Of a DNA stretch of 24,000 nucleotides, positions 22,342 through 24,000 are shown piece by piece. The number at the start of each line of letters is the position of its first letter. Positions within the stretch are counted from its first letter, which is position 1. Below the pieces are notes generated by a model, which was given only the letters and a program-made list of their open reading frames with translations, was not told the origin of the DNA and searched no databases. Position numbers and translations under genes: made by a program. This stretch comes from an uncultured Bacteroidales bacterium (GTDB lineage: Bacteria; Bacteroidota; Bacteroidia; Bacteroidales; P3). The stretch covers positions 63,540 to 87,539 of the forward strand of contig ONBK01000009.1 of assembly GCA_900316055.1 (NCBI GenBank), read 5' to 3'.

Positions 22342-23154
22342 TCAACTCTTATTTACGGTATTGTCGCCAGCCTCCCTCACCCGCCTATACGACCATCCTG
22401 TGTGGCTCATCACCTGACGGATAGAGGCGCCTTCCGCTTTCGTGTCCAGTACGATTCGCGTCTGTTCCTCCATTGTCAGCCGCTGGAACTCAGCCACGCT
22501 CTTCGCACCACACTGCTCAATGATGAAGTCCCGCACTTCCGAGTCCTGCAGGCGCCTCGTATTGTCCACGTCCACACAATTCGCATCGCACGGCTCGTTC
22601 ACCAGTGCCCTCAAGTCCTCCAGCGAAATGCGCTTCAGCACCGCCCGAACATGGCTAATGGGCCAGCCCAACTCATCCGGTTCACGCAGGTAATCCTGAT
22701 TCCAACTGCTCCACTCGTAGTCAGCCGCATCCTCCACGATTCCTGCCTTCACAGGATTCTGGTGGATATAGCGTAGCAGCGTCGTGAAGTAATCCATATC
22801 GTTACACGGCTCGCTCTTAAAACGCTCCTGAAACAGATGCCCGATGCGCTCGTTCTTCTTGTTGTAGTAGTACACATAGCTGCTCGCCAGACTCTTGATT
22901 ACCTCCGCAATCTTCCAGTCCTTCTCCATCACCAGCAGGTGGAAGTGGTTCATCATAAGACACCATGCGTAAATCACACAAGTACGTATGGGCAGCAGCC
23001 TCCCGTCATCATCATGCTGGAACGGCAAGTCCGCAAGAATATCCATAAACCGCCGGCAATCCTCATCATCGTCGAAGATAGCCTGACGATTTATCCCTCG
23101 CATCATCACATGATAGATGCCACAGCCGCTTTCCTTTCTGGCACTCCGAGGCAT
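22342..23154 (-). CDS. REP-associated tyrosine transposase-like (IS200/Y1 HUH family) protein with a C-terminal HTH-like extension
   Basis: HUH motif in MMNHFHLLV (nt 22939-22947) and a catalytic-Tyr context in LLRYIHQNPVKAG. The N-terminal GIYHVMMRGINRQAIF is typical of this family. Confidence 0.7.
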   Translation of the reverse strand: MPRSARKESGCGIYHVMMRGINRQAIFDDDEDCRRFMDILADLPFQHDDDGRLLPIRTCVIYAWCLMMNHFHLLVMEKDWKIAEVIKSLASSYVYYYNKKNERIGHLFQERFKSEPCNDMDYFTTLLRYIHQNPVKAGIVEDAADYEWSSWNQDYLREPDELGWPISHVRAVLKRISLEDLRALVNEPCDANCVDVDNTRRLQDSEVRDFIIEQCGAKSVAEFQRLTMEEQTRIVLDTKAEGASIRQVMSHTGWSYRRVREAGDNTVNKS

Positions 23155-23166
23155 GATATGACAATC

Positions 23167-24000
23167 TCAATCTTCGTTATTCTCCTCTTCCGGCAGCGCC
23201 TGTACATCCCCTGCTGGTGGCAAGTAGTCCGCCGCCTTGGCAGGAGAAATCACCGAGTGACCAAGTTGCGATTCCAATTTGTCACGAGCGGCCTTAGCCA
23301 CACTGCCACCTTTCTTGGCCACTTTCACACTCTGTTTATAACCCTGAGGGTTCTGCTCTTTTGACAAGTCAGTAGCGGCACTCTCTGCCAACATGTTGAG
23401 GATAAGCTCCGTATTGGTCATATTGTCGCGCAGGCTCTCTTTCTTCAGTCCCTTGAACTGTTTGTATTGCCTAGTCGTTTTACCACTCCACTCGCGTGTA
23501 ATAATATCGGTAAGTGACGCATATTGCTGTCCCTGTTGCACGCCAGCGCGGTCCCACTCGTCGGTGAGGGCCTTGCGCACCTCGATGCTCTTCACCCGAT
23601 TGTTGATCCAACTTTCAGAATACCCCTTGCGGCGCCAGTCTTGTATGGCCTGATCAACCGCCAGCTCCGGGTCGGCCAACTGGTCCAGCCGTTCCTTGGC
23701 CACTTGCGCCATCCACTGCTTGAAGGGCTCTGCCTTCTTTGAAGGAATGCTCTGAATGAGGCGGAAGAGTTGCTCGGTGCTGGCCACATCGGTGAGGCGC
23801 ATCTTGCCGTCGGGAGCAAGCATCTTCAAAGCGTTACAATTTGTAACGGTTTCGTTCCCCTCTTTCTTTAAACGGTTCTTAAGGACACGCCAATAGGTCT
23901 GAGGGTTCTCACTCTCAGAGAGCACCGCACACACGTCCACGATGGAGAAGTACCACTCCTCCCGTTCGTCGTCCCATGCAGTCCGCACCTTCTTGTCCTC
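23167..24000 (-). CDS. Bro-N domain / DinD-like protein (5' end outside the window)
   Basis: VRTAWDDEREEWYFSIVDVCAVLSE...YWRVLKNRLKKEG fits the Bro-N pattern, and the remainder resembles DNA-damage-inducible DinD-type proteins. The listed start is GTG, and the frame stays open to nt 24000. Confidence 0.6.
   Translation of the reverse strand, partial: EDKKVRTAWDDEREEWYFSIVDVCAVLSESENPQTYWRVLKNRLKKEGNETVTNCNALKMLAPDGKMRLTDVASTEQLFRLIQSIPSKKAEPFKQWMAQVAKERLDQLADPELAVDQAIQDWRRKGYSESWINNRVKSIEVRKALTDEWDRAGVQQGQQYASLTDIITREWSGKTTRQYKQFKGLKKESLRDNMTNTELILNMLAESAATDLSKEQNPQGYKQSVKVAKKGGSVAKAARDKLESQLGHSVISPAKAADYLPPAGDVQALPEEENNED

Noticed and set aside
22039-22776. 245-aa + strand ORF
   Set aside because: It is antisense to the HA mini-gene and the RAYT-like gene, both of which have clear family motifs.
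22342-23154. Active IS200/IS605 insertion sequence
   Set aside because: There are no flanking subterminal hairpins, no tnpB, and the gene is packed 12-25 nt from its neighbours. I treat it as a domesticated RAYT-like gene.

Overview
Bacteroidota-like window; the phylum guess rests only on gene families and TAnnTTTG-type promoter boxes. Nt 1-2390 is a GC-rich housekeeping block on the + strand: two ABC-2 permease genes and adk. Its spacers carry a recurring GTTTAAA-heptamer module. From about 2.4 kb to the window end nearly everything is on the - strand and looks accessory. In order this region holds: a translationally coupled DUF488/DUF488/unknown operon (2516-4604); an orphan 552-aa gene; an XRE / ImmA-IrrE / PIN-like module (7087-8637); a belt of gene remnants and 7-8 nt tandem word arrays (8.8-11.2 kb); and a four-helix-bundle (23S-IVS / Avd-like) gene enclosed by an IVS-like RNA stem and an octamer array (11.47-12.31 kb). 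A visibly AT-richer block follows (12.34-22.05 kb). It holds a two-reverse-transcriptase DRT type 3 pair (drt3a/drt3b, ATGA-overlapped) with a ~190-nt candidate ncRNA and an intrinsic terminator. Directly after that terminator sits a tightly chained five-ORF cluster: a TTG-start ORF, a 42-aa micro-ORF, an HExxH peptidase-like gene, a DUF3800-like gene and a 1186-aa STAND-like NTPase. I cannot assign this cluster to any named system, and it is my best candidate for something undescribed. The AT-rich block is bracketed by paralogous helicase-associated-domain mini-genes. A RAYT/IS200-like Y1 transposase gene and a Bro-N/DinD-like gene close the window. I saw no rRNA, tRNA or CRISPR array. All domain calls come from motif recognition by eye, not from searches.
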